From Octopus vulgaris (taxonomy: Eukaryota), in NCBI GenBank assembly GCA_951406725.2, contig OX597815.1, positions 51,150,001 to 51,214,000 on the forward strand: a stretch of 64,000 nt of DNA. The letters are read 5' to 3'. Numbering within the stretch: the first letter of the stretch is position 1; each line of letters starts with the position of its first letter. The notes under the pieces were generated by a model that ran no database searches, had not been told where the DNA came from, and worked only from the letters and a program-made list of their open reading frames with translations. This document shows positions 37,145 through 51,745 of this stretch, piece by piece. Both the position numbers and the translations under genes were made by a program.

Positions 37145-37530
37145 ACTCTTTTACTTGTTTCACTCTCTAATCTGCAGCCATGCTGGAGCACCACCACATT
37201 GAAGGCTTATAGAACAAATCAACTCCAGTACTTGATGTTTTAAGTCTGCCACTTACTCTGTTGCTTCTTTTACTGAACTGCTAAGTCATAGGGACATGAA
37301 CAAATCAGCATTGGTTGTCAAACACACACACACACACACACACACACATATTTATTCATTTATATACTATGGGCTTCCATACATAAAGTTCCTGTTGATC
37401 AAATTCACTCGCAAATCATTTGTCAATCTGGGGCTATAGTAAAAGACACTTGTCCAAGGTACCATGCAGTGGAATTTAACTTGAGTCCATGTGGTTGCTG
37501 AGCAAAATTCTTCATCACACAGTTATGCCC
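37145..37530 (-). mobile_element. SINE family C copy
   Basis: ctcttttacttgtttca...ccatgctggagcacc...(CA)n...agacacttgtccaagg. Confidence 0.8.
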
Positions 37531-37694
37531 AAGCCTACACAGCCATAAACAAAACTAACTAATGATTCTGTATTTTGTTTTGATAAAAATTATAATCTTT
37601 ATCAGACTTTATGATCATATTTCCTCCTTCATAGTAATTATTACTAAAAAAAATATCTTGAATTATAAAACTTCAGTAGTTTATCTTTAGATAT

Positions 37695-38135
37695 CATCAT
37701 CATTATCATCAACATTTAACATCCATTTTCCATGTTGGCATGGGTTGGACAGCTTGACAGAAACTGATAGGACCAAGGGGCACATTAGGTTCTACAGTCT
37801 ATTTTGGCTTGCTTTCTATGGTTGGATGCCTTCCTAATGCGAACCACTTTACAGTGTGTATTGGTTACTTTTTACATGGCACCATCACCAGTGCTTTTTA
37901 CATGGTACCAGCATGAGGGCTTTTTACGTGGCACTAGCACTCATACCATTGCTTTTTACATGGCACCTTGGTTTTAAGATCTCAATTTTGTTGTGGTGGG
38001 CTGGTCTTCTCAAGTACAGCAATGCATCACATATTTCATTCTTCTGCCATCTCCTTCATGAGGTTCAGTATTTTTGAGATTGGCCTTCAATACGTTGTCC
38101 TATTTCTTCCTGGGTTTCCCTCTTCCACACATTGC
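37695..38135 (-). mobile_element. RTE-type LINE 3' end
   Basis: (CAT)n, then tttaacatccattttccatgttggcatgggttggacagcttgac, then the RTE C-terminal segment (gtcttctcaagtacagc...ttcctgggt). Confidence 0.75.
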
Positions 38136-40228
38136 TATACTCAAGAAGATCAGCCAACCACAACAGAATTGAGATCCTTGAGATATGAAGCCTTCAGAAT
38201 GTTTTGCACTCTTGGGTCTATGTTGAATTCATTGCATTTAGTGTGCATATGCATGGGGAAGGTGCATTTACAAGAAAAGTGTTAATATAAATCAGACCAC
38301 TGATTATTGATTACATTGGCTGGGTTTGTCATTCTATAAAACTTCTTCAAAAGATATTTATTTATTTAGTCTGTGAGATCTAAACTTTTGTAACATCCTC
38401 AGCTTAAACCACCTTTCATTTTTGTTTTTTTTTTATAGAAAGTCTACTAAACAAAATAAGGATAATTGTGAAGCTGTCATTGATTAGTTTGACATTTTTC
38501 TTGGTTTTATTGCCAAATTCACTTAAATTTAGCACAAATAATATAAAAGAATGGATGTATAAACCCTTGAACAGGATAAAAACATTAGATTTTATTTATA
38601 CGTTAGGTCTTATCTAGGAAAGCCTTCAAATTTCATATTTCAATCATAATTCATCAATAGATATCTAGGTATATTTTTCTGATAATATAAAATATATATA
38701 TATAAACTTTTTTTTTATATGTATAATTCATGTTTTTTTTTTTATCCCCCATATAAACTTTTCTAAGTAATTAATTGGACGGTTTCAACTAAAATGACTT
38801 TTGAAATTTAAACTGAAGTTGTATGTACTTATATTCATTCATTACAAGGAATTTTTTTATTAAAAACTATTAGATATTTCCAAAATTGCTTAGCTTTGGT
38901 TGCTCACTTCAGCATCAAATTGACAAGCTATTAATACTCTAGATAGAAGCATGCCCTAGGATAACAGATATCTTATGGAACAGAAATTTGTTTAATTTAT
39001 CTGGATGGTATTGAAAACACAAACTTGATAAAACTGACAGCATCAGGGATTTCATTTAAAATAATATTTTAAGATTTTTTCTCTTACATGCACTTTTTAA
39101 AATATTTTTTTAAAATTTATATATCTTATTCTTTTATAATTTTTTTGTACACTTAAAAATAGTAAGCATTTTCAGGTAAAATGTGGGGAAAATAGTTTCT
39201 AAGAAACATTTCAATATGTCTGTTTACATTTCATTGAAATTAAATTTGCCATGCCATAATTGATGATATATTTAAAGTATGAAATATAAAAAAAGCAAAT
39301 AAAAAATAAAATTTGTATCCTCAACTAAAAAAAAAAGGGTAGGAAATGAATAAATTTTATTTATTGCAATATTTATATCAGAAAATAATCTCTATGGCAC
39401 AAAAATGACTGCTTTATACTTAAAAACATTCACTTATGTTATTTTAGCTGCTAGACATCTGTACTTCAAGCAAATATATTCATTTTTCATTTTATTGAAA
39501 GATTCCTTTTCAAATATATATATATCTTATAAAGGAAGGGGGTATTTTTTTAATCGATGTTATTTTTGCTTTGACAAAGCTAAACCAGAGAACACCAGGC
39601 ATCTGTGCTACTAATGGAGAAAACATAGGATTGCTATTTCAAACCCCAATATCGGTGTCAATTAGATTTTGCATTTGCAAACAGAAAAGGTGTTGAGTTA
39701 AGGTTACTAGGTAATTTAGATAAGGAATTCTAAATCTGTGCTTGATTTGTTTTGTTTAACATTGATAAATACAGATGGTATGATCATATGAGCATTGGAT
39801 AAAAAGGTGCTCAGCAGCAGAGAATTATTACTGATACTTGATGTAGGAAAGGAAGCCTACAGGAAGAAATGCAACCAGACTAACTTAAGAATCCAGATTT
39901 TACTTTAGATTTTTCCTCTTAACGGCAAACTGGTTGAGATTTCACATACATATAAAAAAAGGTAAAACAAAAATAGAGTTGGAAATTTTAAAATCAAAAT
40001 GAATAACCATTTTCTCACTTCCATTTTGTTTTTGATTCCAGAATAAAAATCCAAAGTAAATTATGATGAGAAATACAAGTTAAAGAAACTTAGCATATTC
40101 ATAGGACCAATCTTTTAAAATGCATAGACTAACAAGTCAATGATTTCCGGGTACTATTCTTGGTATATTTGGATATTATAATAACAGATTCAAAGTTTAA
40201 TTTTTAACACATACTATCATATCGTTAT

Positions 40229-40445
40229 TAGGTGGTGAGCTGGCAGGATTGTTAGTATATCAAGCAAAATGCTTAGCAGCATTTCATCTGTCTCTATGTT
40301 TTGAGTTCAAATTCTGCCAAGGTTGACTTTGCCTTTCATTCTTTTGAGGTTGATAAGATAAGTACCAGTTGAGTAGTGGGGCTGATGTAATTGACTTACC
40401 ACCTTCTCAGAAATTGCTGGCCTTGAGTCAAAATTTGAAACCAAT
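40229..40445 (+). mobile_element. SINE family B, full length
   Basis: ggtggtgagctggcagga...gagttcaaattc...gcctttcattcttttgaggttgataagataagtaccagttgag...tttgaaaccaa. Confidence 0.88.
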
Positions 40446-40934
40446 ATCAGTAGATTGTAAAAAGAAAGAAATGAGAATTTCATCTGAGCTCTTCTCAATG
40501 ACTTACCTTCTTTTCTATGCTTGGAATTAGTTATGTGCAATATAAAGTTAATCTAAAACGAAAATTATCAAAGGTTCAAAATAATTTAGTAAAGTTGCCA
40601 TAACTCTCTAAATTGTTAGACTCAATATATGCATTACAACGTTCAGATTTTCTAGAATGTTCTCACACAAGGAAAAAAAATCATTGTGAAAAGATTTTAA
40701 ATTTATGATTTATATTTGACCAGAGATCAAAATTTCTAAACTTTGCAAAAAAAAAAAAACAATCTAATAATAATGACTTAGTTATCAATTTAAATCAATA
40801 TCAAATAGATTAACAATATCTCCTAAGTTAGTTCCAAACAGTCCAGCTCAGACCACACTGGAGCACCAGCAAAAATTGGATCTGTTACCAAAAATGATAA
40901 CACTTAATGATTAAGAATGTTATAAGACTGTGTT

Positions 40935-41152
<218 letters not shown>

Positions 41153-41364
41153 TAGTCAATTCAAAGAACAGACAATTAAAAACCAGAGTAAAAAAACAAA
41201 AAACGAAGGTGAGGACATGCACAAGCAATATATTAATTTGATGCTCATTGAAAGGAAAGAGTTGTCAATGTTTCAAGCATAGCTCTTTGGTGAAAAGAGC
41301 AAAGTCCAAAGAGAAAGAAGGAAAAATAGGTAAGTCGCCAACAATCCACGTCCAGTTACATTTC

Positions 41365-41396
<32 letters not shown>

Positions 41397-41647
41397 GTAT
41401 ATATATATATATATATATAACAATTTAGGAATGGCCTTAACAGGCCATTCGTCCACTAGACATAACTCTAACCGCCATAACTCTAACCGCAAAGTAATAT
41501 AATTCGGAAACAGGTGAAAAAAAAAAATATATATATATATATACACATGTATATATAAATACATATATATACACATATATATATATATACATATATATAT
41601 GTATATATATGTATATATATATACATACACACAAACACACATATGTC

Positions 41648-42850
41648 ATCATCGTTTAACGTCTGCTTTCCATGCAGGCATGGGTTGGACGATTTGACTG
41701 AGGACTGGCGAACCAGATTGCTGCACCAAGCTCCAATCTGATCTGGCAGAGTTTCTGCAGCTTGATGTCCTTCCTAACATCAACCACTCAGAGAGTGTAG
41801 TGGGTGATTTTACGGGCCACCGGCACGAAGGCCGGTCAAGCGGTATTGGCAAAGACCTATATATATATACAAATAAAAGGCAAAGACTCTTGGCTGTGAG
41901 AAGGAGTAGTACTGAGGGAGGTGGCTTTGTGCCAGTTGAGCGGTTAAAGTATAATAAAGGGATAGAGATAAGTGCTTTACTATAGAGAAGATACTTGGCT
42001 ACCCCAGTATGAAAGGAAAAGAGAGGAAGGAAAGATAGTGTTTGAGAGAAAGATAGAGAAACAGACAGAGAGAGAAAATGATGGTGATGGAAATGCATTA
42101 GGGACCTGCCCACGGGGTACAATGGGGGAATATAAGTAGTGCAGAGGGGATAGAAGGGAATGTTTCATAATAATGAGAAGGGAGGTCTTTAGAGATGGGG
42201 AAGAGATGACTGTAGCCAGTGATGGTGAGAGAAATTGGAGTGGCTGGGAAGGGGGGTGCATGTTAGATATGTGAGGGCATGAGGAATATGCAGGTGCAGG
42301 AGAGTGGAAGGGGTCTGCAGTGGGTGATTATCATGGGTGGAGGGAAGGGGGGTGTTTAGAAGATGGGTTGTGGGACAGTTTTGACAGTGGACAGAGTTTT
42401 AGTGTTAAACCAATCTGAGCACTCAATGTATATGTCAAGTGACATATACTCCTTGCATTTCCTATATTTAATATATGCACACACAAACCATGCCAGCAGA
42501 CATTAAAAGACATTAAAAGATAATGGTGATGATGATGATGTGACACACGGTGCTTCTAGAAGTCAGTTTAGCTGTGATGGGTAGGCCTTCTCAAGAACTT
42601 ATATCCTAGTCCTTTATTTTCTTCTCTGGGAGGTTCAGGATCATGAGACCAGCCTTCATCACTTCATCCCATGTCTTCCTCATCCACAAGCTCCAGCCAC
42701 ATTTAGTGATTGGCACTTCTTTATACAGCTGTCCTCATCCATACACATCACTTGTCCATACTGACACAGCTTTCTTCCTTGCACACTACATCAGATTCTT
42801 CTCATGCCCAGTTTTTATCACAGCCTGATCTTTGGTTATGTGTTGTGCTT
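41648..42850 (-). mobile_element. RTE-clade LINE 3' portion
   Basis: Tail tcatcatcgtttaacgtctgctttccatgc; 3' UTR collinear with 33240-33735; RT C-terminal remnant at 42640-42830 (cagctgtcctcatccatacacatcac). Confidence 0.8.
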
Positions 42851-44268
42851 TATTGTGCCAGGTTGTATATTTCTGTCTGAAAAATTGCTTGGAAACACAA
42901 AGCATACTATACAAGCTTGTCAGTTTATTGTGTTTTGCCAGCATGAAACTAATAGTAACTCAAATTTAAACCTTGTGTATTTTAAATGATATATGTATAT
43001 TCCTTTATCATCGCTAAAAGTTTTATGACTGAAACACTGGAGTTTGAAATAATCTTGCAACAATAATAGCAAACATGAACCATCCAGTGATCCAAATGCT
43101 CATCAAACTTTTTTTTATATTTAAAAAAACATCTATTCTGATATCTCTTTAGCATCTTCAAAGAGATTTTTATCTGAATTGAATGATTGCTTAACATCGA
43201 AAATATTAGTCAATATTTTTGGCTTTTTTTTTTTCGTAAATTATATTTATAATGATCAATGATGGTAAGCTATCATAGATTACTTCAAATTTGAAGAATA
43301 TACAATATAATTTACTATGGTTCCAACTATATTAAAAATTAGCTCAGCAAACTTGTCTAGGAATATTTTATTTTGTTTTGTTTCATTTTGTTTTTGTGTT
43401 GTTTTTTTCCTATTCTCAAAATGAAGTGATATATCTATATTGGAAATGCTAGAAATAAAAACAAAAGCAAAACATAATATTGTTTTTATAAGAATAAAAT
43501 AGATTTTATCAGTTGTTTTAATGGAGAGAAACTAGTGTGATGCTTAGATAATAAAGATAATTCTATTTTACAGATTTCATCATTTGAATGAACTTGATAT
43601 TACAAAGAAAGCATTGTAGTTTGGTTGTTTATTTAATTATATTTTCCCCTTTTAAGAGATAAACTAGAAACCATGAGAATGCTACTTAAATGTAGAATTA
43701 ATTCAAAGTTGCTATTTAGTATTCTATTTTTTATATGATCGTCTTTGCTTATTTATAACCAACACATCTCATTAGTTTGAAGTGTGACTTTAAGAACGGA
43801 AGGTGTTGTGGTTGTGTCATCTCAGGTACACAAATCTAAAAACTAAATGTATAACTGGTAAAATATTGCTACAAAATAATAGTGAAAAGGAGTAAACACT
43901 TAGCTAACAGTTTACGTGCGAATAATGATTACATCTATTGGACGAGAAGAATGGTAACTGCAGAAGACTATAGGATGAGAATGGAAGGATGAGTGACATA
44001 AAATTTTGAAACCAGAATATTATTTACAACTAATGAGATCATAATTATTGTGGTATGTTCAATACTACTCACTACAAAAACAGATGTAGAATTATTATAA
44101 ATTGCACAAATTGTTTTTCTCTAATCTTCTATGGTAAAGTGGTATGAACAAGAATAACTGTGACAGGATAAGAAACCAGCCTACTTTTCAACTATATTTT
44201 CTGTTTCATCACACTTTGAGTAGACTTTCTTTCTTTAGAACTTTTACTCTACTTCAATGTCTCCTTAA

Positions 44269-44489
44269 CCATTTAGCATTCACATTATTCTCTCAAAAGT
44301 AATGCTTATTTATTAACATTGTTTTGAATTAATCATGCATTATCTTGTAGCTTTGAGATTTTGATGGAGTATCTGTTAAATTTTTAGATTAATATTGTAG
44401 GGTTGGCATGAGAGGCCAGATCTTACCAGTTTCAATATAAAACAGGTGGAATATTTTGGACATTTATGGCCAGTTTAAATGCTAAAGGA
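44269..44489. mobile_element. piggyBac-type MITE family 2
   Basis: TTAA|CCATTTAGCATT ... AATGCTAAAGGA|ATAA. Confidence 0.82.
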
Positions 44490-45042
44490 ATAAATGCTAA
44501 CTTGCAGCAAGTTAAGTATAAACTGCCATAGTAACTGTAATTGTGCTGTGAGGGTAACATGGACTTATTCAAAGAGAAACACTGAAATGAAATTGTCACC
44601 ATTCAAAATTAGATATTTTCACAAAATTCTTGTTGTTATATGGTAGAACTATCAGATGAACCATTCGATCTCAAAACAACTTAGAGTATTGGCTGAGAAG
44701 AAAGAAATTCTTAAAAACAGAAATAAAAAATTGGTCAAGTAGTAGAAGGTAACTGAGTAGACATCCACCTAGTGAAATTGAGATGTGCACCAGAGGAGAA
44801 TGTTAAAATTCACGACGAAAGTCAAAAACCAAGAGGTGGAAAACACTGATTAAAAAATTGGGTGCCCAATAGCAGATATGGTCTGGAAAAAATTGGATTT
44901 CAAAAGATTGAGCCAGAAATATGAAACATGATTTCACAACTTAATATATGACCTAAAACTTTGGACATAACCCATCCATTTTTTCTATAACATATATATG
45001 TGTGTGTGTGTACATATATATATATATGAATATTTGTATGTA

Positions 45043-45087
<45 letters not shown>

Positions 45088-45505
45088 GAATAAGAAATAG
45101 AAAATCCTTGATACAGTATTATATATTTAAACAGAGAATAACAAACTCTTAAATATCAGTCTGCAAACCACTTTTAAGTGTGAAACTCCTATCGGAGTCA
45201 CATTTTCAAACTTATAAACAACTAATTATTAAAGTGGAAAAATTATCAGAAAATCCATTTCTATACATTTTTTCAAATACATAGATATGTGTGTATATAT
45301 ATATATATATCTTCACTCTTAGACACAGGCATGGCTTGATTCTTAACCATGTGTATTTGGGTTCAGTCCCACTCTGCATCACCTTCACCAAGTGTCTTCT
45401 ACAATATCCTTTGGTCAACCAAAGCCTTGTGAGTGGATCTAGTAGGTGAATATTGGAAGAAGTTTGTATATGTGTATGTGTGTGCATACAAATGCATATC
45501 AATTG

Positions 45506-45506
<1 letters not shown>

Positions 45507-45575
<69 letters not shown>

Positions 45576-45576
45576 T

Positions 45577-45611
<35 letters not shown>
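45507..45611. repeat. (ATCT)n(CT)n(TA)n compound microsatellite
   Basis: Direct reading. Confidence 0.92.
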
Positions 45612-45833
45612 GACCTTGTGAGTACCGCCAGCGATTTTTTTTCCTCTGTCTTCCCTTCTCGGGATCTTTCCTTCTCGGGATCTTTCCTTCTCCTATGTTT
45701 CCGACAAAGAGCTCCACTCGAAACATTAAACCCTCCTTCTTCCCTTCTTTCCTGAGCATCCAATAATACTTTATTTGTTCCACGTCCTCGCGTTGCTGTG
45801 TTTTTTTTTGGGGGGTTTCTTGTTTGGATTAAC
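45612..45833 (+). mobile_element. Short element inserted in (TA)n, carrying a degenerate hammerhead motif (Penelope pLTR-like)
   Basis: Flanked by (TA)n on both sides; contains GTTT-CCGACAA-A-GAGC-TCC-ACTC-GAAA-CAT-T-AAAC at 45697-45731. Confidence 0.55.
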
Positions 45834-46060
45834 TATATATATATATATATAGGTACAGGCATGTCTGTGAGGTATGAAGATTGTTTCCCAGGTGCAGTCC
45901 CATTGTGAGGCACCTTGAGCAAGTGTCTGCTACTGTAGCCACAGGCCAACCAAGGATTTGTGAGTGGATTTGGTAGAAGAAACTGAAAGAAGCCTGTCAT
46001 GTATATATATATATATATATATATATACTTTATTTAAAGCAGCAGAAAATTCAACAAAAC

Positions 46061-46098
46061 CTGTTACTCTGAGTTTCCCGTTGCCGTTCATCGGACAG
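46061..46098 (-). ncRNA. Minimal type I hammerhead ribozyme variant (U4C core)
   Basis: Minus strand CTGT-CCGATGA-ACG-GCAA-CGG-GAA-ACTC-A-GAGT-A-ACAG: stem I 4 bp, short GNRA-capped stem II, stem III ACTC/GAGT, GUA triplet. Confidence 0.65.
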
Positions 46099-46158
46099 TT
46101 TTTGCTAGAATCTAACAGTATTAATAAAATAGATGGAGTGAGTAAAATACTTTATAGG

Positions 46159-46197
46159 GTACGACACGTTTCGACCCATTCTGGGTCTCCTTGGTAC
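46159..46197 (-). ncRNA. Minimal type I hammerhead motif with a damaged CUGANGA box
   Basis: Minus strand GTAC-CAAGGA-GACCCA-GAA-TGGGTC-GAAA-CGT-GTC-GTAC: perfect 6-bp stem II, 4-bp stem I, and GAAACGTGTC (one transition from the Penelope-type GAAACGCGTC). Confidence 0.6.
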
Positions 46198-46474
46198 ATC
46201 AATAAAAAACGTCTTACAAGAGATTTTCTGATTCGGTTTTATGTCCATCAACTTTGAGAATGAGTGAAAAACAGTGAAAAATTGAAATGCAAAAAATTCA
46301 AATATGAACGTGAAAATTATACATTCTAGTTTAGGGAAAATGACGTTATGAGCCTTTGCTGTTGTAACAGTTAAGAGAAAGAAAAGGATGTAGAAGTTGA
46401 ACAGAAGATAATACTTAGATGAAATTTTTTTATGTATTCATGCTTAGACGCACATATACATCCATAGATATATA

Positions 46475-46725
46475 TTGGGTTGGTGCATAATTACTATGGC
46501 TTTTTTTTAATAAATTTTATTCAACAAAAACAATAACAACATGTAACAAAAACATCTTTAAATGTTTATTCCAGAGCATATTCACCATCTACTTCAATTA
46601 CTGCTTTCCATTTGCTTGGCAGACGGTTAGACTGTCATTTAAAGATGTTTTTGTTAAATATCGTTATTGCTTTTGTTGAATAAAATTTGTTGAAAAAAAG
46701 CCGCAATAATTATGCACCAACCCAA
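46475..46725. mobile_element. mariner-derived MITE (251 bp) with ~90-bp inverted arms
   Basis: TA|TTGGGTTGGTGCATAATTA ... TAATTATGCACCAACCCAA|TA. The spacer on the minus strand encodes NRLPSKWKAVIEVDGEYALE*, a mariner transposase C-terminus. Confidence 0.92.
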
Positions 46726-46759
46726 TATATAATAAAGGATAAAACTCCTTCCCAAATCA

Positions 46760-46968
46760 TATGGGCTTTCCCGGTTTCTGTGTTGCATATATTCCTCACT
46801 GGATAGGATGCCAGTCCATTGCAGGATTATTCATTTTTGTCAGTTGAGTGGAGCAACATGAAAGAAAGTGTCCTGCTCAAGAACACACTGCATTGCTTGG
46901 TCCAGGAATTGAAATTACAATCTTTCAATGATTCCAACACCTTAATCATTTAACCATGCACCTCCACA
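46760..46968 (-). mobile_element. SINE family A copy
   Basis: Collinear with 1990-2335 without the insertion. Confidence 0.8.
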
Positions 46969-47339
46969 CACACACACACGTGTGTGTGTGTGTGTATGTA
47001 TATAGATATAAATATATATATATATATATACATATGTATATAAGGAAGGCTAAAACGAAGCTTCATTGTCCAAACTGTAAAAATATTGAGTATATTTTTG
47101 AAAAGATTGTTCGAGATAAAAGCTGATCTGTAATTTCATCGCAACTTACTTTCAGCTCATTTTTTTAATGAGTTTTCCAAAGTGGCAAGAAGAGAGAAAA
47201 ATAATAAATGAAAAAATCCACAAAGTATATTGAAAATACACACGCACGTGTGTGTGCATGGATGCATCCATGCACACACATACACACACACACATACGCA
47301 AAGTTAAATAAAATAGATACCATGAATTATGTTTTAGCC

Positions 47340-47427
47340 CTGATACATATACATACATACATACATACATACACACACATATATTAGTTTGTGTGTGTGT
47401 ATATATATATATCTGTGTGTCTGTATG

Positions 47428-47474
<47 letters not shown>

Positions 47475-47687
47475 ATATATATATATATGTATATATATAT
47501 GTATGTATATATAGGTATGCATGTATGTATATATATATGTATGTGTGTGTATATATATATATATGTATATATGTATATGTATGTATATATATATATTTAC
47601 ATATATAATGTATGTATATATATGTATATATGTATATATAAATATATATGTATACATATGTGTATATGTATATATATATGTATGTAT

Positions 47688-47737
<50 letters not shown>
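47340..47737. repeat. Long (TA)/(TG)/(TATG) microsatellite
   Basis: Direct reading. Confidence 0.95.
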
Positions 47738-47740
<3 letters not shown>

Positions 47741-48689
47741 GAAACTCTAGTTGACATGAACAAATATAGGTTGAAGCAAAGTGGAGTGTGAAGGGGAGAA
47801 TAGCTGCCGTAGACATGATCCATGTCAAGTGTTATACTCAAGTTTGAATAAAAGCTCACTTGACTGAGAGCAACTTTGCAAAAGAAGCAGGAGATTTATT
47901 GTGAAGAGTTCATAGAAATGATTCTGTCAAGTGAATGCACTAATGAGGTGCTAATTTTGCAGATATATTCTTGGAAAATCAGTTTAGAAAAGATGATAAT
48001 GAACATGCACACAGACTTGATAAATGTTTTGTCATTCCTATTTCTTTTGTCGTTATTGTTATTGTTGATGATAATGGGGTAAATTCTTGGGGTTTTTTTC
48101 TTGTTATGTTTATTTAATCACTCTTCCCATAAATAATTTTTAAGCATGAAGAATTTCCAGATACTTGATTCTTTCATCAGTAAAAATCTATGTGTATGTA
48201 TGTGTGCATGCACACATGTATATGTGTGTATGAGCTCGTGTGTCTATGCATGGTTTTGTGTTTGTGAGTGTATACATGTACCTGTGTTCTTATATTATTT
48301 CCTTTCAAGATGTATGTATAATTACCTTTGTTTCCGATGTCTTTCCTATTCCACCCTCTTCTCTTTTGTTTAAAAATGGAAACTCTTGCAAAAATTATAT
48401 TGAACTTCAAAAGACAAGAAGACTTTTAGTTTCAGTATATATATATATATAAGTACTATTATCTTAGTACAATTATTCAACAATGAGTCACAAATAAGAT
48501 AGCGATGAAAGTAGGATATTTGTAGTTTTAATTCAGTCATATACAGATGTACCAATTACTAGTTAAACATCTCTTAATTTGGTCCCTGATACAAAATATT
48601 GCAAAACTCTATAATTTCAGAACAGTCCTTAATATTTGTGTCAGGATAATATCAATTTCCAATATGAAATCTTGATGAGAGATGACAAT

Positions 48690-48890
48690 GAGGCTGAATG
48701 ATAAGAAGATTGCTTCACAGTCACATGGTTCCAGGTTCAGTCCCACGGTATGGCATATTGGGCAACTGTCTTCTAATATTGCCCCAGAGCCGACCAAAGC
48801 CTTGTTATTGGATTTGGTAGATGGAAACAAAAGAAGCCTGTCATATATTGTGTGTGTGTGTGTGTGAGTGTGCATGCACATGAGTGAGTG
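48690..48890 (+). mobile_element. SINE family C, 5' half
   Basis: cacatggttccaggttcagtccc...gaccaaagccttgt...ggatttggtagatggaaac. Confidence 0.8.
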
Positions 48891-48914
48891 TGTATATACA
48901 TATATCTGTCTATA

Positions 48915-50204
<1,290 letters not shown>

Positions 50205-50912
50205 ATATATATATATATATATGCACACATATATATGTTTGTATATCTTTATGCTTACGTTTGTCCACCACCACCACCACTTGAAAACCAATGTGGTTTG
50301 TTTATATTCCCATAGACTAGCACTTCAACAATAGGAGACCAACAGAATAAGTACTGGGGTCAATTTGTTTGAGTAAACCCTTCAAGGTGTGCCCCAGCAT
50401 GGCCACAATCCATTGCCTGAAATAAGTAAAAGATAAAAGAACAGCAAGATGTTCAAGTTGTATTGCATAACCAGAGTGAAATTGATTCTGATTTCAATAT
50501 TTTTACAGAAAAACATTTTTCTTTAACAACTATATTGTCAGATTTGAGCATGAATTCTATTTTATTAGATTTCAAATGAACAAAGTTAATTGAATGAAGT
50601 AACTAAATCATTAATGTATTTGAATATTAACCAGTGTATAATGAGTTTTAAAAAATTACCCCTGGTCATTGTCTGTGCTCAAGAGAAACTTTACAGCTGG
50701 TTTCTCTTGAAATCACTCAAAAGTTTCTAACCATTTCTTGGCTGAGGTATTACCATAAGATAATAAAAGCACCTATACACTTTATCATCAACTTATCATA
50801 TTATATGCATCGATGGTGCTATCATGTTGTCACTCAGATTGGTAAAATTCCCTGCCATCCTTAAATGGAGAGGACAGCATTTAAATTTCTAAATCCTAGA
50901 ATAAATCAGCAA

Positions 50913-51310
50913 AGGCATGGCTGTGTGGTAAGAAGCTTGCTTCCCAACCACATGGTTCCAGGTCCAGTCCCACTGTATGGTTCCTTCAGCAAGTGTCTTC
51001 AGCTATAGCCTTGGGCCAACCAAAACCTTGTGAGTGGATTTGGTAGATGGAAACTGAAAGAAGCCTGTCATATATATGTGTGTGTGTGTGTGTGAGTGTG
51101 TGTGTGTGTATGTGTGTGTATATCTATGTGTGTTTGTCTTTGTGCCTGTGTTTGTCCCCCCATAATTGCTTGACAACCAGTGTTGGTGCGTTTACGTTCT
51201 CGTAACTTAGCGGTTCAACAAAGAGACCAATAGAATATGTAATAGCCTTAAAAATAAACCCTAGGATCGAATTGTTCAACAAAAACACTTCAAGGTGGTG
51301 CTCCAGCTAC
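50913..51310 (+). mobile_element. SINE family C copy
   Basis: aggcatggctgtgtggtaagaagcttgcttcccaaccacatggttcc...aaggtggtgctccagc. Confidence 0.9.
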
Positions 51311-51399
51311 CAGTCAAGTAGCTTAATTGATCAGCCACCAGGTTGTCATAGACTGATTCAAATTAAACCAAGTTTACGGAATAAAAACAACTATCTTGT

Positions 51400-51497
51400 A
51401 TCTTTTACTTGTTTCATGCACTAGTCTGTGTTTCAGGCATTGAAAAGCACAAAGACACACACTTGCTTCCCCCAACCGTGTGTTTGTGTGTGTGTGT

Positions 51498-51528
<31 letters not shown>

Positions 51529-51745
51529 CATGTGTACATGTGTTGTATATATATATGTATCTATGTGTTGTATATATGTATGTGTCTATGTATGATGGCT
51601 TCCACACAGTTTCCATCTAACAAATTCACTCACAGGGTATTGGTTGGCTCAGGGCTATTGTAGAAGATACCTTAGGTACCACATAGTGGTACTGAACTGA
51701 AAACAACATGGTTGCAAAGCAAGCTTCTTAACAACATAGCCATTT
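51400..51745 (-). mobile_element. SINE family C copy (inverted relative to 50913)
   Basis: cttttacttgtttca...cagtttccatcta.caaattcactcaca...gcaagcttctta. Confidence 0.75.

Noticed and set aside
41461-41490. 15-bp tandem duplication cataactctaaccgc
   Set aside because: Only two copies in a short GC-richer patch between (TA)n tracts; too little to assign.
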